This document shows, piece after piece, positions 52,101 to 64,000 of a DNA stretch of 64,000 nt; positions within the stretch are counted from its first letter, which is position 1, and the number at the start of each line of letters is the position of its first letter. The notes beneath the pieces are model-generated. The model did not search any database and was not told the DNA's origin. It was given only the letters and a program-made list of their open reading frames with translations. Location: assembly GCA_050084985.1 (NCBI GenBank), contig JBITNC010000001.1, forward strand, positions 4,030,001 to 4,094,000, in the 5' to 3' direction. This stretch comes from Nageia nagi. Its lineage: Eukaryota; Plantae; Pinophyta. The position numbers and the translations under genes are program-made.

Positions 52101-54962
52101 GAGTGTGTGAGAGAAAAAATAGAACTCTCATGAAGATGGCAAGATATTTAATGCAATAAAAAAATTGCATCACATGAATTGGGATGAAGCAATGAGAACA
52201 TCTGATTACATTTTAATTAGATGCTCAACTAGTACAATTAAAGGAAAGATACCTTTTGAAGCTTGGCATGATAAGAAGCCAACTGTCTGGCATTTTAGGG
52301 TTTTTGGGTGTTTGGCATATGCTCATGTACCAAAAGAAAACATAAAAAAATTGGATGCAAAGAGTGAACCATGTGTGTTCATTGGCTATAGTGAAGAGAG
52401 TAAAGCATATAGACTTTATAATCCAAAAAATAGAAATAATTATGTCCAAAGATATCATTTTTTGAGGAGGGGAATATCTATGGACAACAACAAAAATGCA
52501 TTGTTGATATTGGAGGATAAGTACCTAGCCATGAAAACACTTCAAAATTGAAGAATGTGCAGCCCAAGAGATCTAATTCTCTTCTAAATATTTGAGTGGT
52601 GCCTCCATGTCCTCCTTCAAATCCCTCCAATAGCTCCAAATTCACTCCTACTTCTCCTTCAAGTGGTGGTTCTCCCATGTAATTTAATAAGTGATGAAGA
52701 CAAAAAGATGTAGAAGGCATTTTCAAAACCATCATCCTTCTAAAGTTTTAGATCCAAACTTTCATCAAAAGCTTACTAGAATTCAATTTCATTAAATGGA
52801 AAAAATTGTGAAGTAATTTAGCGATATGGAAATAGATGAAGATCCAAAGGGAGAAATGGTGAATTATGCATTGTGCATAACCCAAAATGTTATTTTTTCT
52901 AATTTTTATCCATCTTGTTATGAGGAAGCTTGCATTAGAAATATGTGGTTGAAATCCATGCAAGAAGAGCTTCGCTCAATTGAAAAGAATGATACTTGAA
53001 AACTTTGTGAGTTTTCCAAAGGAAAGATATGTGTAGGCTCCAAGTGGGTCTACAAAACTAAATATAACAATGATGGAACAATTGAAAGATATAAAGCAAG
53101 ATTAATTGCCAAAGGGTTCACAAAAAAATATGGTATGGATTTTGAGGAGAAATTTGCATTGGTTGCAAGATAAAAAATAGTAAGAATGCTTCTTTTATTG
53201 GCTGCACAAATGCATTTGAGTGTACATCACATGGATGTAAAGAGTACATTATTAAATGGGTACTTGGATGAGGAGGTTCATATGCAACAACCTTAAGGAT
53301 TTCAAGTGCAAGGTAAAGAGCAACATGCATACAAGCTCAAGAAGGCCTTGTATGGCCTCAAGAAAGCCCCAAGAGATTGGTACACCTAGATTAATGGATA
53401 CTTCCAAAGGTTTGGGCTCATTAGGGGCACAAATGAGTCAACACTCTACATTAGGAGAGAAGGTAATCAAATTTTACTTATTTCTCTTTATGTTGATGAT
53501 TTGATTTATATGAGAAGTGATTCCATCATGAATGATAAATTCAAAACTGATTTGATGCATTAGTTTGATATGAAGGATCTATGACTTACAAGGAATTTTC
53601 TTGGTATGGAGGTCCACCAATATTAAGAACATAATTTTGTTTACCAAAGCAAGTATGCAAGAGAAATTATCATAAAATATGGCATGGATAATTGTACTAC
53701 TATTTTAAATCATATAGCTCATGGAGAGTTGCTTTGCAAATATGATGATGCTCCAAAAATAAATGTAACAAAATTTAAGAGCATTGTAGGTACCCTCATG
53801 TTTCTTTTCAATACTAGGTCTGACATTCAATTTGCTATCTCAATGCTATCTAGATATATGAATGATCCTTTCATTTTGCATATGCAGGATGTAAAATGTA
53901 TTTTGAGATATGTTAAAGGCACCATTATTTTTGGTCTCCATTATTCTTATGTAGAGAAGATGTAACTATTTGGTTTCAATGATAATGATTGGGGCAATAG
54001 TTTAGATGATAGGAAATCCAATTCTAGACAATGTTTCTCACTTGGTTTAGGTATGATTACATGGAGCTCTAAGAAACAATCTATAGTAGCACTTTCCTCT
54101 TATGAAGCAGAGTATATTGCTATTAGAACAACCAATGCTCAATGATTATGGTTGAGGAAGTTGTTTGAAGAGATTGGTGAGAAACATGGACCAACAATTC
54201 TTTATTGTGATTTTAAAGTGCCATTCAATTGGCACACAATCCCATACACCATAATAGGTCAAAGCACTTTCAATTAAAGTATCATTTCATCCATGACATG
54301 GTGGAGAAGAAATAGATTAAGCTTCATTATTGCAACACCAAGATCAATTTGGTTGATATCTTCACAAAAGGTGTTGTCAAGGCTCAATATATTATGCTTA
54401 AAGAATCCATGGTGAGTCCTCTTTGCATTATAAGGGATAATGTTGGAAACTTAGTACATATCTTGAGGTAATTCACTTATCTTTTGAGTTCACTAACTAG
54501 CTGATACCCTACATATCGACTAAACAACCAACTAACTAGCCCCCAAATGTCAACCGATCCTCAACCAATTATTTAGACCTATCTAATCAATTTACACCCT
54601 ACCAGTTAGGCCAAATTTGTAGTGCCTCATAATTTCCCAATCTTGAGGCATTTTTAAAGCTTTCTTATGCATTTTTTGTTTTGTCTTCCAGCTCACCCTG
54701 GAGTATATAGTATGTGTAATTATTCTTGGCATAAGTTACTAGGTTAGAATACTTGTAACTTAGTTTAGTTTGCTTCTTGCTATGTGTGTATTACTATAGT
54801 TTACATTTTCTTGCAACTCTCACCATTGAAGAGTTAATGAAGTTTCATTACTGAACTTCATACATTGTAATTTGATCTTCTACATTAATTCAACTGTTCC
54901 AATTCAGTTGCACTTTACTGTTATTGTATCTTAGCTCCAAGTTAGTTTATTTGAATTCATTA
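46166..54962 (+). mobile_element. Full-length but degenerate Ty1/copia retrotransposon
   Basis: LTRs 46166-46685 and 54441-54962; TSD AAGTT (46161-46165, 54963-54967); PBS-Met TGGTATCAGAGC 46688-46699; gag/zinc knuckle, protease (WLLDIG), GAG-pre-INT, INT, RT (YVDDL), RH with many stops. Confidence 0.93.
48569..52027 (-). mobile_element. Non-autonomous LTR element nested in the copia integrase
   Basis: ~290-bp LTRs 48569-48859 and 51738-52027; PBS TGGTACCAGAGC and PPT (TCTCCCCTT on +) on the minus strand; degenerate TSD GAATC/TAATT; host frame GGEYASIE|FTDFCKENGI rejoins across it. Confidence 0.88.
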
Positions 54963-55052
54963 AAGTTCATTATTCTAATTACTTTCACTAAGGGTAGTAG
55001 AGCAAAATATTGTATTAGATAATTCACCAATGGAACATCTAAATACCATAAA

Positions 55053-55091
55053 TCTCTCTCTCTCTCTCTCTCTCTTATATATATATATATA
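55053..55091. repeat. (CT)n(AT)n microsatellite
   Basis: TCTCTC... run followed by TATATA... run. Confidence 0.9.
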
Positions 55092-55968
55092 ATTATTTAA
55101 ATAAATTTAAAGATTTTTTAAATTTAGATTTTAATTTTTAATAGGGATTGGCTTATTCATTTGTGTTTGCAACCATAAATATGTATTGTACAATCATATA
55201 CAATCTAATAACATCATAATAACTCAAGCCTATAAGACTCCATGATTACCAAATAAATATGAGTCATACAAAGATAATCCCATACTTATCTTTTCAAGAA
55301 GAATAAATCTTCTTTTTGGAGATAGCCATAAAGGTACACCTTAGCTACATAAACTTTTTCATTTTGTTCCTTTAATAATATCTACTAATACTTGTAACTT
55401 AAAAACTATTATTGTAAATAGACAATGTTGTCATTATTGTCAACACACTATTATGGATGTGTTCAACACTTGCATAAGAATTTTCACTGTCTATGTGCTT
55501 TAATGTGAAAAGTTGCAAAAGTTACAAAAATCATCAAAAATTGTCAAACAGTTGCAAATGGTGCAAAAGTCATTCATATGTGTTTGTTTGAAGATGTTCG
55601 ATGCTTATGAGGATGATTTTCATGTTCAAGTGAAGTTATTTCATATTATTCATACAAATTTGTAAAATTTACAAAAATTATCAAGAAGTTGTCAAAGTTG
55701 TCAAAATTGCAAAAAATGCAAAAAGTTATAAAAAATGTGTAATTCTTGAAAATATTGCACATGCGTGTCAATGGACTGTGTTGGATGGAACAACATATCA
55801 TTTTGAGCTTTGCTTATTAGTTGGAATTGAAGTTGTAGTATTGGATCAACGTTGATTAGGAGTTGTTACTAGTTTGGATCTCTTAGCAATTTTGGTTAAA
55901 TAGGTCAATGTTGCTTTGGTGTATGTTTGGATATGATGGATCAGTGTGGAATGTGTTAGAACATATGG

Positions 55969-58900
55969 TGTCAGACACCTAATTCTTAGGGATTATGGTA
56001 TAGTTAGTATAGTATTAGATACTTACTATATTTAGTAAATTCATAGCTTTGAGTGTGCTAGAATTTAAAGTCATTTCTTGTAGAATATGAGAAGTTACAA
56101 TGTATCTCAAAGGTCACCCAAGAAGGTGAAGATGAAGAGTCTTTCTCAAATTGTATTTACATAATATCTACACTAATAGAATGCTTTTTGATCTTGGAGT
56201 TATCCAACCTGTCATTGGTACCAGAGCCTTGAGTTTTTTTCTTTCTCTAACTCCATGAAAGTGATCAAAAATGCTATCAAAATCCATCCAAAAAGTTTTG
56301 CTTCTACTTTTTCTCTAAAAATGAGCATCAAAATCCAAATCTGAGTGCATATTTGGATATGCATTTTTGTGTAGAGCAAGATTGTTTTTTGAACGAGGTG
56401 ATTTCGAGCAGTTTTGGCAAAATTATCTCAATGTGAAGTTTTCAATCAAGTAAGTGGTCTGTGATTCTTATTTTTTGGTGGTTTTATTTCAGCAATTTTA
56501 TTCAACTCCCTCTATGGTATTATCCCTCCCTCAAGAATATCTATCACATGGTATTGAAATCCTTAAGAATATTTGTCTATGCTATCACCCTTCACATCGT
56601 TCGAGATTTTTTCTCTCCTTCCATGGTCTATGGTATCACCCCTCATGTGGTGTTTGTTCTCATGCCATCTAAGATTTTTGTTCTCATGTGTTTTCAAACC
56701 TACATTCTTCTTGCCTCATGTCAGTTTCACCCCTTCTCCAAACATACTCTATCAACACCTACAGATCTCTATCAACAAAATACACACCACCTTTAAAATG
56801 CGTGCCACCTTCTTCTCAAAATGCATGCCTCCCCTTTACACTTAGATTTGCCATGTGTTGCACGTAGGTGTGACCTACATAGTTAGCAATTTGACTTATA
56901 CAATCAATATTTTTGGCCTAGTAAGCAATGCACAGTTAGCATTTAATTTGATTTTTGAAGTATTTTCAAATTTTGAAGACATTTCTTGCCTAACTTAGTG
57001 TAATGAACTCCTTTTTTAGTGAGATATGTTTTGTTGAACTCAAAATTTAGAGTATTTTTTAGTTATGTTATTGGATGGATATTATTTTTGAAGAGAAATT
57101 AAAAAATATATTGACAAAGATGGTTTAACATTTGACTTAGATTTTGGTGAGTTTGGCATAATTGAGGGATTCTAAACCTTGGAGTATTGTGTTACCCTTG
57201 ATGTTGAGAAAATAAAATTAGATTTGGAAATAAGTTATTTGGCTAATGTTGAAGATAATTAAGACAAAGATGTTATTGTTGAGCTAACTGATGCTACCTC
57301 TACTTCTACCTTACCAACTCCTTGAAGCATTCCTCCTAGAAGGAATCCTCCTTGTAAGAGGAGATGTGTGACGTAATGAAACCTTTTTTGAGATCTTCTA
57401 TTCTTTTTGCAATTTTTGGTGTGGTGTAAGAAAAAAGAATCTTCATTTAGTGTGGACATTGTTATTTTTTGGCAAAGTGTATGAAATTTTATTAGCATTG
57501 TAAAAGTTTGAAAAAGTAATTAAATAAAGCTTGAAGTTTCTATTTCGAAAATGCATTCCCTTATGAGTATTGTTGGTGTTATTTTAACCAAAAATGAAAA
57601 TTGGTTTGAGTGGTCTAGAAAAATAAAGCATACATTAATTTTCAATGATTTTTAAGTTAACATTTGTGATGGTGATAAACAACCTACTAAACTAAATGAT
57701 ACCAAGAAACTTGCAGTTTGGAACATGAAAAATAATAAGGCATATGCTTTGATTGCTTCTTCGATTAGTGAGGAGGTTAACTACCACATTAGCTCTATTG
57801 ATGATACTTGGAATGCACTAAAGAAACTCAAATATTTGTTTGAATCCCATTTTGAACTAGAATTGATCCAACTTCAGTTGAAACTCTTTAACCTAGAGTT
57901 AAAGAATGATGATCCCATGGCACTAATTTCAAAAATTAGAGCAATAATGCATGACATTGACTCTATTGGTGTGAAGATTGATATTACTCTCATAGCTTTG
58001 ATTAAGGCATTGTATCCCACCTATTCAAAATATCTTGAATCTTTGCAAGCTAGTGGTAACCTAAAGTCTCTCACATTTGACACTTTGGTGGATAAGATTG
58101 CAGAATGTGGGAAGGCTTTTGGCAAGAAATCTAGTGATTCTACTTTAGACACATTGTGTATTGCTTAAAAGGGAAAGAATGTTATTCATGATCCTTCTCA
58201 AGGTGAAAGTAGTGACCATGGTCATGGTAGGAGGAATTATAGAGGTAGAGGGGTAGATCTAATCAAGGTGATCTTGATGAGGGGAACAATCTCCATTGCA
58301 AAAGATGCAATAGATGAGACCATGAAACTAATACCTATCGCACTCCATGGGATAGGAGCAAAGAAAGGAATGAAAAATGGGAGCATATTGGAACAATACC
58401 ATTGAAAATTTGTGTAATACTTCATTTGCATCTTGGGAGGATGCATGGTTGCTTGATATTGGTGCTACATGTCACATGACCTTCTGAAGAGAATTATTTT
58501 AAGAGATGAATACCAACATTTTTGGTGCTTCATATTTTGTTGACAAATTTTGTATCAAACCTTCAGGTATTGGTACTATGAGACTTAAATTGCCAGGCCT
58601 TCTAGATATGGTTCTTCAAAATGTGCTCTATCTTCCTCAATTACGAAGGAACTTGCTATCTCTTGTGCTCAGTTGATAACAAGGACACTCTATTCATATG
58701 TTCAATGGTATTATGGAGATAAGGAGGTATTTTGACAAGAAAGTGGTGATGATAGGAAGGGAGGATGAGAAGTCATTAAAAATGCATGGAAGTTCTACCA
58801 AATCACAAAATTATGCCTACCTCACCCATAAAGAAAAAGGTACTCTCTCATATAGTCTTTTATGGCATGCAAGATTTGGCCATCTCAATTTTGATGATCT

Positions 58901-61172
58901 CCATTTATTGAAAAAGAGAGGTTTTTTAGGATTGCCTACTATTCCTAGGAACATAGAACCTTGTGAAGCATGTGTCCTAAGAAAGCACAACAAACAACCT
59001 TTTCATGATTCAAATTTTAGAGCATGTAGAAAACTAGAACTCATACACTCTGATTTGTATGGTCTATTACCTATCCCTTCTACTGCTAGAAATAAATATA
59101 TCATGACCCTCATAGATGATTACTCTAGGATGTGTTGGGTGTATTTGTTAAAGAACAAATCTAAATATTTTGCAAAGTTTAAATAATTTCATGTGATGAT
59201 TGAGAAAGAAGCAAATGCTCATATTGGAACACTTCATTCTGATAATGGGGGTGAATACACTTTAATTGAATTCAAGAACTATCTTAGTCAACATGGAATC
59301 AAGCATCAAACAATTATTCCCTACAATTCACAACAAAATGGTGTACTAAAAGAATGAATAGAACTTTGTTGAATATGACATGGGCAATTTTGTTTTTCAA
59401 GAATGTGAAGATGATGTTTTGGGGTGATGTAGTTGCTTGTGTAGTGTATGTTAGAAATATATGTCCATCTCATCTCTTGATGATAAGACTCCATATGAAA
59501 TGTGGTTTGGTAGTGTTCCTTCAGTTCAACATCTTAGGGTTTTTGGTTCCACTTGCTATTCTCTAGTTCCTAAAGAACAAAGAAATAAACTTGGTGCTAG
59601 GAGTCAAAAATGTATTTTTTTGGGATACTTAGATACTACCAAGGGTTATAACTTTATGATGAGGTAAACAAAAAGTTTCTCTTTGCAAGGGATGTCATTT
59701 TTCTAGAATGTTCCTAGAGTGACCCGACTATTGAGTGACAGCTTGATTACCTTGATAGGTTTACTTGTGGAAAGCATTTCTCTGAACATGATTACGAGAT
59801 TCCAAATGTTGAGGGAGGGATCCCTATTTTGGATCAATTATTAGAATCTACACCACTTGTGTTTATTTTAGAAGTGCCTAATCAAATAGTTGCACCTATT
59901 CTAGCAGTATAAGTACCTTCTCTACCATAGGAAAATCCTTCCTCTTCATCAATCCCAAAAGCTCCTTTGGATGATGTGATTGAAGGGTTTGATAGGTTGA
60001 GTCTTGATGAGGATGAAGAACCTCCCTAGCTTATTGAGCAACCAAAAACATTGTAGAAGATTCCTAAGTGGCTTTCTAAAACACTTGAGAGTGTTCATCC
60101 TGATGAAGTTGGAAAGATGAGAATTAGGAGTTCCTATAGAAATAGAATTGAAGATGGAGTAGTAGAGGATTTAGATTTAGGTGATGATATTGAGGATATG
60201 GAATGTTCATTTGATTGTGAATTGAATTTCTTTGTTGATTATGAGCCAACTTCCTTTAAAGAAGCTTTTTCTCATGATGTCTAGAGGGATGCTATGAAGA
60301 AGGAGTATGATGTTTTCATCAAGAATGAGATATGGAAGTTGGTGGATCCTCCATATGAAACCAAACCTATTGGATGCAAGTGGGTCTACAAGAATAAATA
60401 CAAATTAGATATCTCTCTTTATAAACACAAAGTGAGGCTTGTAGCAAAGGGTTTTGCACAGAAAGAAGGTATTGATTATGATGAACCTTTTCTCCCACAA
60501 TAAAATGGGATACTATTCATTTTTTATTGGCAATGTTAGCTTAGCAAGGATGGAAAGTTCATCAGATGGATGTGAAGACTACTTTCTTGAATGGTGATTT
60601 GAAAGAAAATGTGTACTAGAGACAACCAGAAGGATTTGTAGTGAAGGTTCAGGAACAAAAAGTTTATAAGCTTATCAAGTCCTTGTATGGCCTAAACAAG
60701 CTCCTTGCATTTGGTACAAAAAGATTACTGATCATCTTCTGAAGATAAACTTTAAACACTTTAATCTATATGATGCAACTTTGTTTGCCAAAAAAGTTGG
60801 CAAAATGATTATATATCTTGTGGTGTATGTAGATGATCTTTTGATAACTAGGAATAATGAAAGTTACATTGCATTCATGAAATTAGATTTGAAGAGAGGT
60901 TTTGAAATGATAGATATGGGACATCTTCATTACTATTTAGGTGTTTAAGTGACACAAAACCTAAAGTACATTTTTATTTCCCAAAGAAAGTACATTGGAG
61001 AATTGTGGAATAGATTTGGCATGACAGATTGTAATCCCCTTTCTACTCCAATGGAACAAAATTTGAAGTTGAAATCTATTGAAGGGAATGCATTTGAGGA
61101 TGTAATGAAGTATAGACAACTTGTTGGGAGTCTCATATATCTAATGAAAACTATATTATACATTTCATTTGT
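55969..61172 (+). mobile_element. Degenerate Ty1/copia element with long 5' leader, interrupted in RT by a gypsy insertion
   Basis: LTR end CCTGTCA at 56214 (start approximate); PBS TGGTACCAGAGC 56216-56227; gag ~57551-58400; LWHARFGHLNF, LELIHSDL, HLRVFGS, RLVAKGFAQ, YVDDLL, YRQLVGSLIYL. Confidence 0.88.
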
Positions 61173-64000
61173 TGATCCAAAATTTGAATCCCTTCAACAT
61201 TTAGTAATCTCCATTTTAGTGTGTTCATTGTGATTATCTTATCTTCAGCTTTCTGATGCTTCTTTCAGATCATGAATCCAAGTCTGTATGTGGAAGATAT
61301 GATATTAATTCAGTTTGTGTATTTTGAGAAAAAATTAAAAGGATTAAAAAAAAATAAATTCAAATGTTTTGGCGAGACCCGCTGGACCACGTAGGAGGAG
61401 GACAACATGACAAGGCCCACCATCATGGAGACCACACAGGAGGAGGAGACATGATAGAGCTTGCATGGAGTTTGATCGCGTGGAGTTTGATTGCCCATGA
61501 GATCGCTAGCCATCTACCTACTAGCCAAGCCACACAACTATTGGAGACTACCAACCAAGCTGCACACCTATTGGTGATCACTATCCAAGTTGCCCAAACC
61601 CCCATCTGATCGCCAGCCAAGCTGCCAGTCAATAGGAGGTTAACTTCCTCTAAGCATTCCACATGTCATCACCATAGTACACCTACCTAATGTTAGGTTT
61701 TTTTAATGTATTTTTAGTGTTTTCAAAGGTTTATGGTGATTTCTAATTCACCTAAGGTCCTATTATTAGGCTGAGTTAATTCTATCAGCCTGAAACAATC
61801 CAATGAGCATATTATTTCAATTTCAGAGTTCATTTTGGGGAGATTATTACAACCATTTGAGCCCAAATTTGATAGGAAGATCAAGGAGGTTAATGGGTAT
61901 CTAAAAATAGGTTTTGTATGGAATTTCCTAGTTATAATACTCTCCAATTTTAGCCCCCAAAATTGTATAAAAGGGGAGCAAATTGGACATGAGGAAGAAG
62001 GAGGATTTCAGGAAAATGTTTTTAGTTCTTGTTGTGATTTTTAGAGCTATGAGTGTGTTGTGAATGTGAGACGAGGTTTTGAAGGACATGGAGGCCTTGT
62101 AAAGTGATTCCACCCACCAATAGTAGAGAGCTTTTGAGCTAGATGTAGCCCACACTGGTGAACTAGGATAATTTTGATTGTCTCTTTCTATGGTGAATGC
62201 TTTTCTCTTCTCTATGTTTACAAATTTCTTCCTGATTTTCCTTTACAAGCACTTAATTATTTTAAGTGTGAATTGATCCTAAGAAAAGGTTAAATTGAAA
62301 ATTTAATCATATAGTTTATGGATCAAGTTTGGTATCAGAGTAGTTGAAATCATTGGGATAACCTATATTTTTGAGATTGTTGTTGGTGTTTGGAAAGTGT
62401 TCTTGCATGTATACCAGGTCACAAAGCAAGAAAGGAGAAGGAGAATTTGTGGAGGATCTAGAAATTGGTTCTAGAGTTTGGCTAAAGAAGTAAAGAGAGC
62501 TTGGAGCCATGGCCAATGAAGGAGGGTCTAATGTGGAAAAGCAAATTGCTGATCTCTCCACAATGTTCTAGAAGATGTCTCTACAATTCCAACATTTTCA
62601 AGAACAACAATACAAGAAAAATGAAGGTGAAACTAGTGAAGATAATAAAATTGACAATGATGTTACACATAGTGTTTTCCAAAGTTCTCCTTTGAAATTG
62701 GAAGTTAAATTTGATTTGCCTAATTTTATTGGAGAAGTGAATGCTGAGAAGTTAGACCATTGGATTAAACAAATTGAAGTATATTATAGAATTCAAAGAA
62801 TTATAAGAGATGAGGATAAAATCCAATTAGCAACTCTTAAAATGAGTGGTAATGCACTTGTTTGGTGGGAAAGTTATTTGCAAAGTAAGAATGAATCAAT
62901 TCAATCTTGTATTGCTTCTTGGACCCATTTTGTACAATTGCTTAGAGATCAGTTTTATCCTTTGGGTTATCGACAAAAGGCAATCATGGAATGGAAAACT
63001 TTCCATCAAGGCAAAGGGAAAAGTGTGCAAGAGTACACTATAGAATTCTGAAGAAGAGCTGCAATGTTAGGTATTCCTCTTGATTCCCAAGATACTCTTC
63101 TTAAGTATATTGGTGGTTTGCATAATTATTTAAGGCATACAATATTGATGTTTGATCCAAATGATTTGGATAAAGTTTGTGTACAAGCCACTTACTTAGA
63201 AGAAAGGGAAAAATTCATTAAGGATGGGAAAAAGGAAAATGCTTCCAATAACAATAGTAATAATGATTCTGAAAAGAATAAAGGAAAGGGGAAAAATAAA
63301 ACTACATCTACTACACAAAAAGAGAAGTCTAAAGATGTATGTACACATTGTCAAAAAGAAGGTCATTTAGAGGCTAAATGTTGGAAATTGCATCCTGAAT
63401 TATGCCCTAAACCTAAAGGTCAAAAGAAACAAATAAATACTATTACTAAAGTAATTGAAGATGGTTCATATGTAGATGATAAAATGGCATGTATGGTTTT
63501 GCATAATACACCTAGTGAAGATGAGGAAAAGAAGAAAATTGAACTTTTTCACATCAAGGTGCAAGCTAAGAAGACTAGGATTGATACATTGTTTGATTCT
63601 GGATCTCAAGCTAACTTAATTGCAGAAAAATATGTCAAATCACTTGCACTCACTACTCAACCTCATACAAACCCTTATCCATTGGGATGGGTTAATAAAA
63701 ATTCAAAGTTAAAGGTAACACAACAATGCAAGTTGCAATTTGGAATTAACAGGGAGTACATTGATGAAGTTTTACTTGATGTTGTTCCTTTGGATATTTG
63801 TGGGATTGTGCTTGGTAATCCTTATCTATGGAAAGAGATGCTTTATTTTATATAAAGGAAAACAAATATAGACTCATTAAAGAGGGAATTGAATACATGG
63901 TTAGTGCTCATCAAAATAAGAAAAAGGATATTTCTTTGATTACTGTAGGACAAGCAAAGAGACTAATCAATACAGGACAAATGTTTGTACTTGCAATGGT
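61173..64000 (+). mobile_element. Ty3/gypsy chromovirus-type (CRM-like) element, 5' part: LTR 61173-62325, PBS-Met, gag and protease
   Basis: TGATCC...GGATCA termini; TGGTATCAGAG at 62330; gag KFDLPNF.GE.NAEKLDHW; zinc knuckle CTHCQKEGHLEAKCW; protease LFDSGSQANLI; one in-frame stop at 63049-63051. Confidence 0.88.

Overview
Plant nuclear DNA, most likely a gymnosperm (inferred from the very large TE-filled introns and a Tat-type retrotransposon with aRH upstream of RT). The only host gene is the 3' half of the autophagy kinase ATG1 (+ strand, six exons, 13325-38167); its 5' exons lie upstream of the window. The rest is mobile or repetitive DNA. It includes: a very young full-length Ty3/gypsy Tat element (197-9267, TSD GTACC); a 5.76-kb solo-LTR-like element with an internal ~1060-codon ORF (17785-23548) and a second, related partial copy; two ORF1-only L1-like insertions; a gag-only copia derivative; a ~350-bp tandem array carrying a 5S-rRNA-type internal Pol III promoter (39645-42869); and nested, degenerate copia/gypsy elements in the right third. 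The most unusual signals are the protein-coding giant LTR with its palindrome array, the 5S-promoter satellite, and the Tat element that has a tRNA-Arg-3'-end-like sequence where the PPT should be. All alignments were done by eye.
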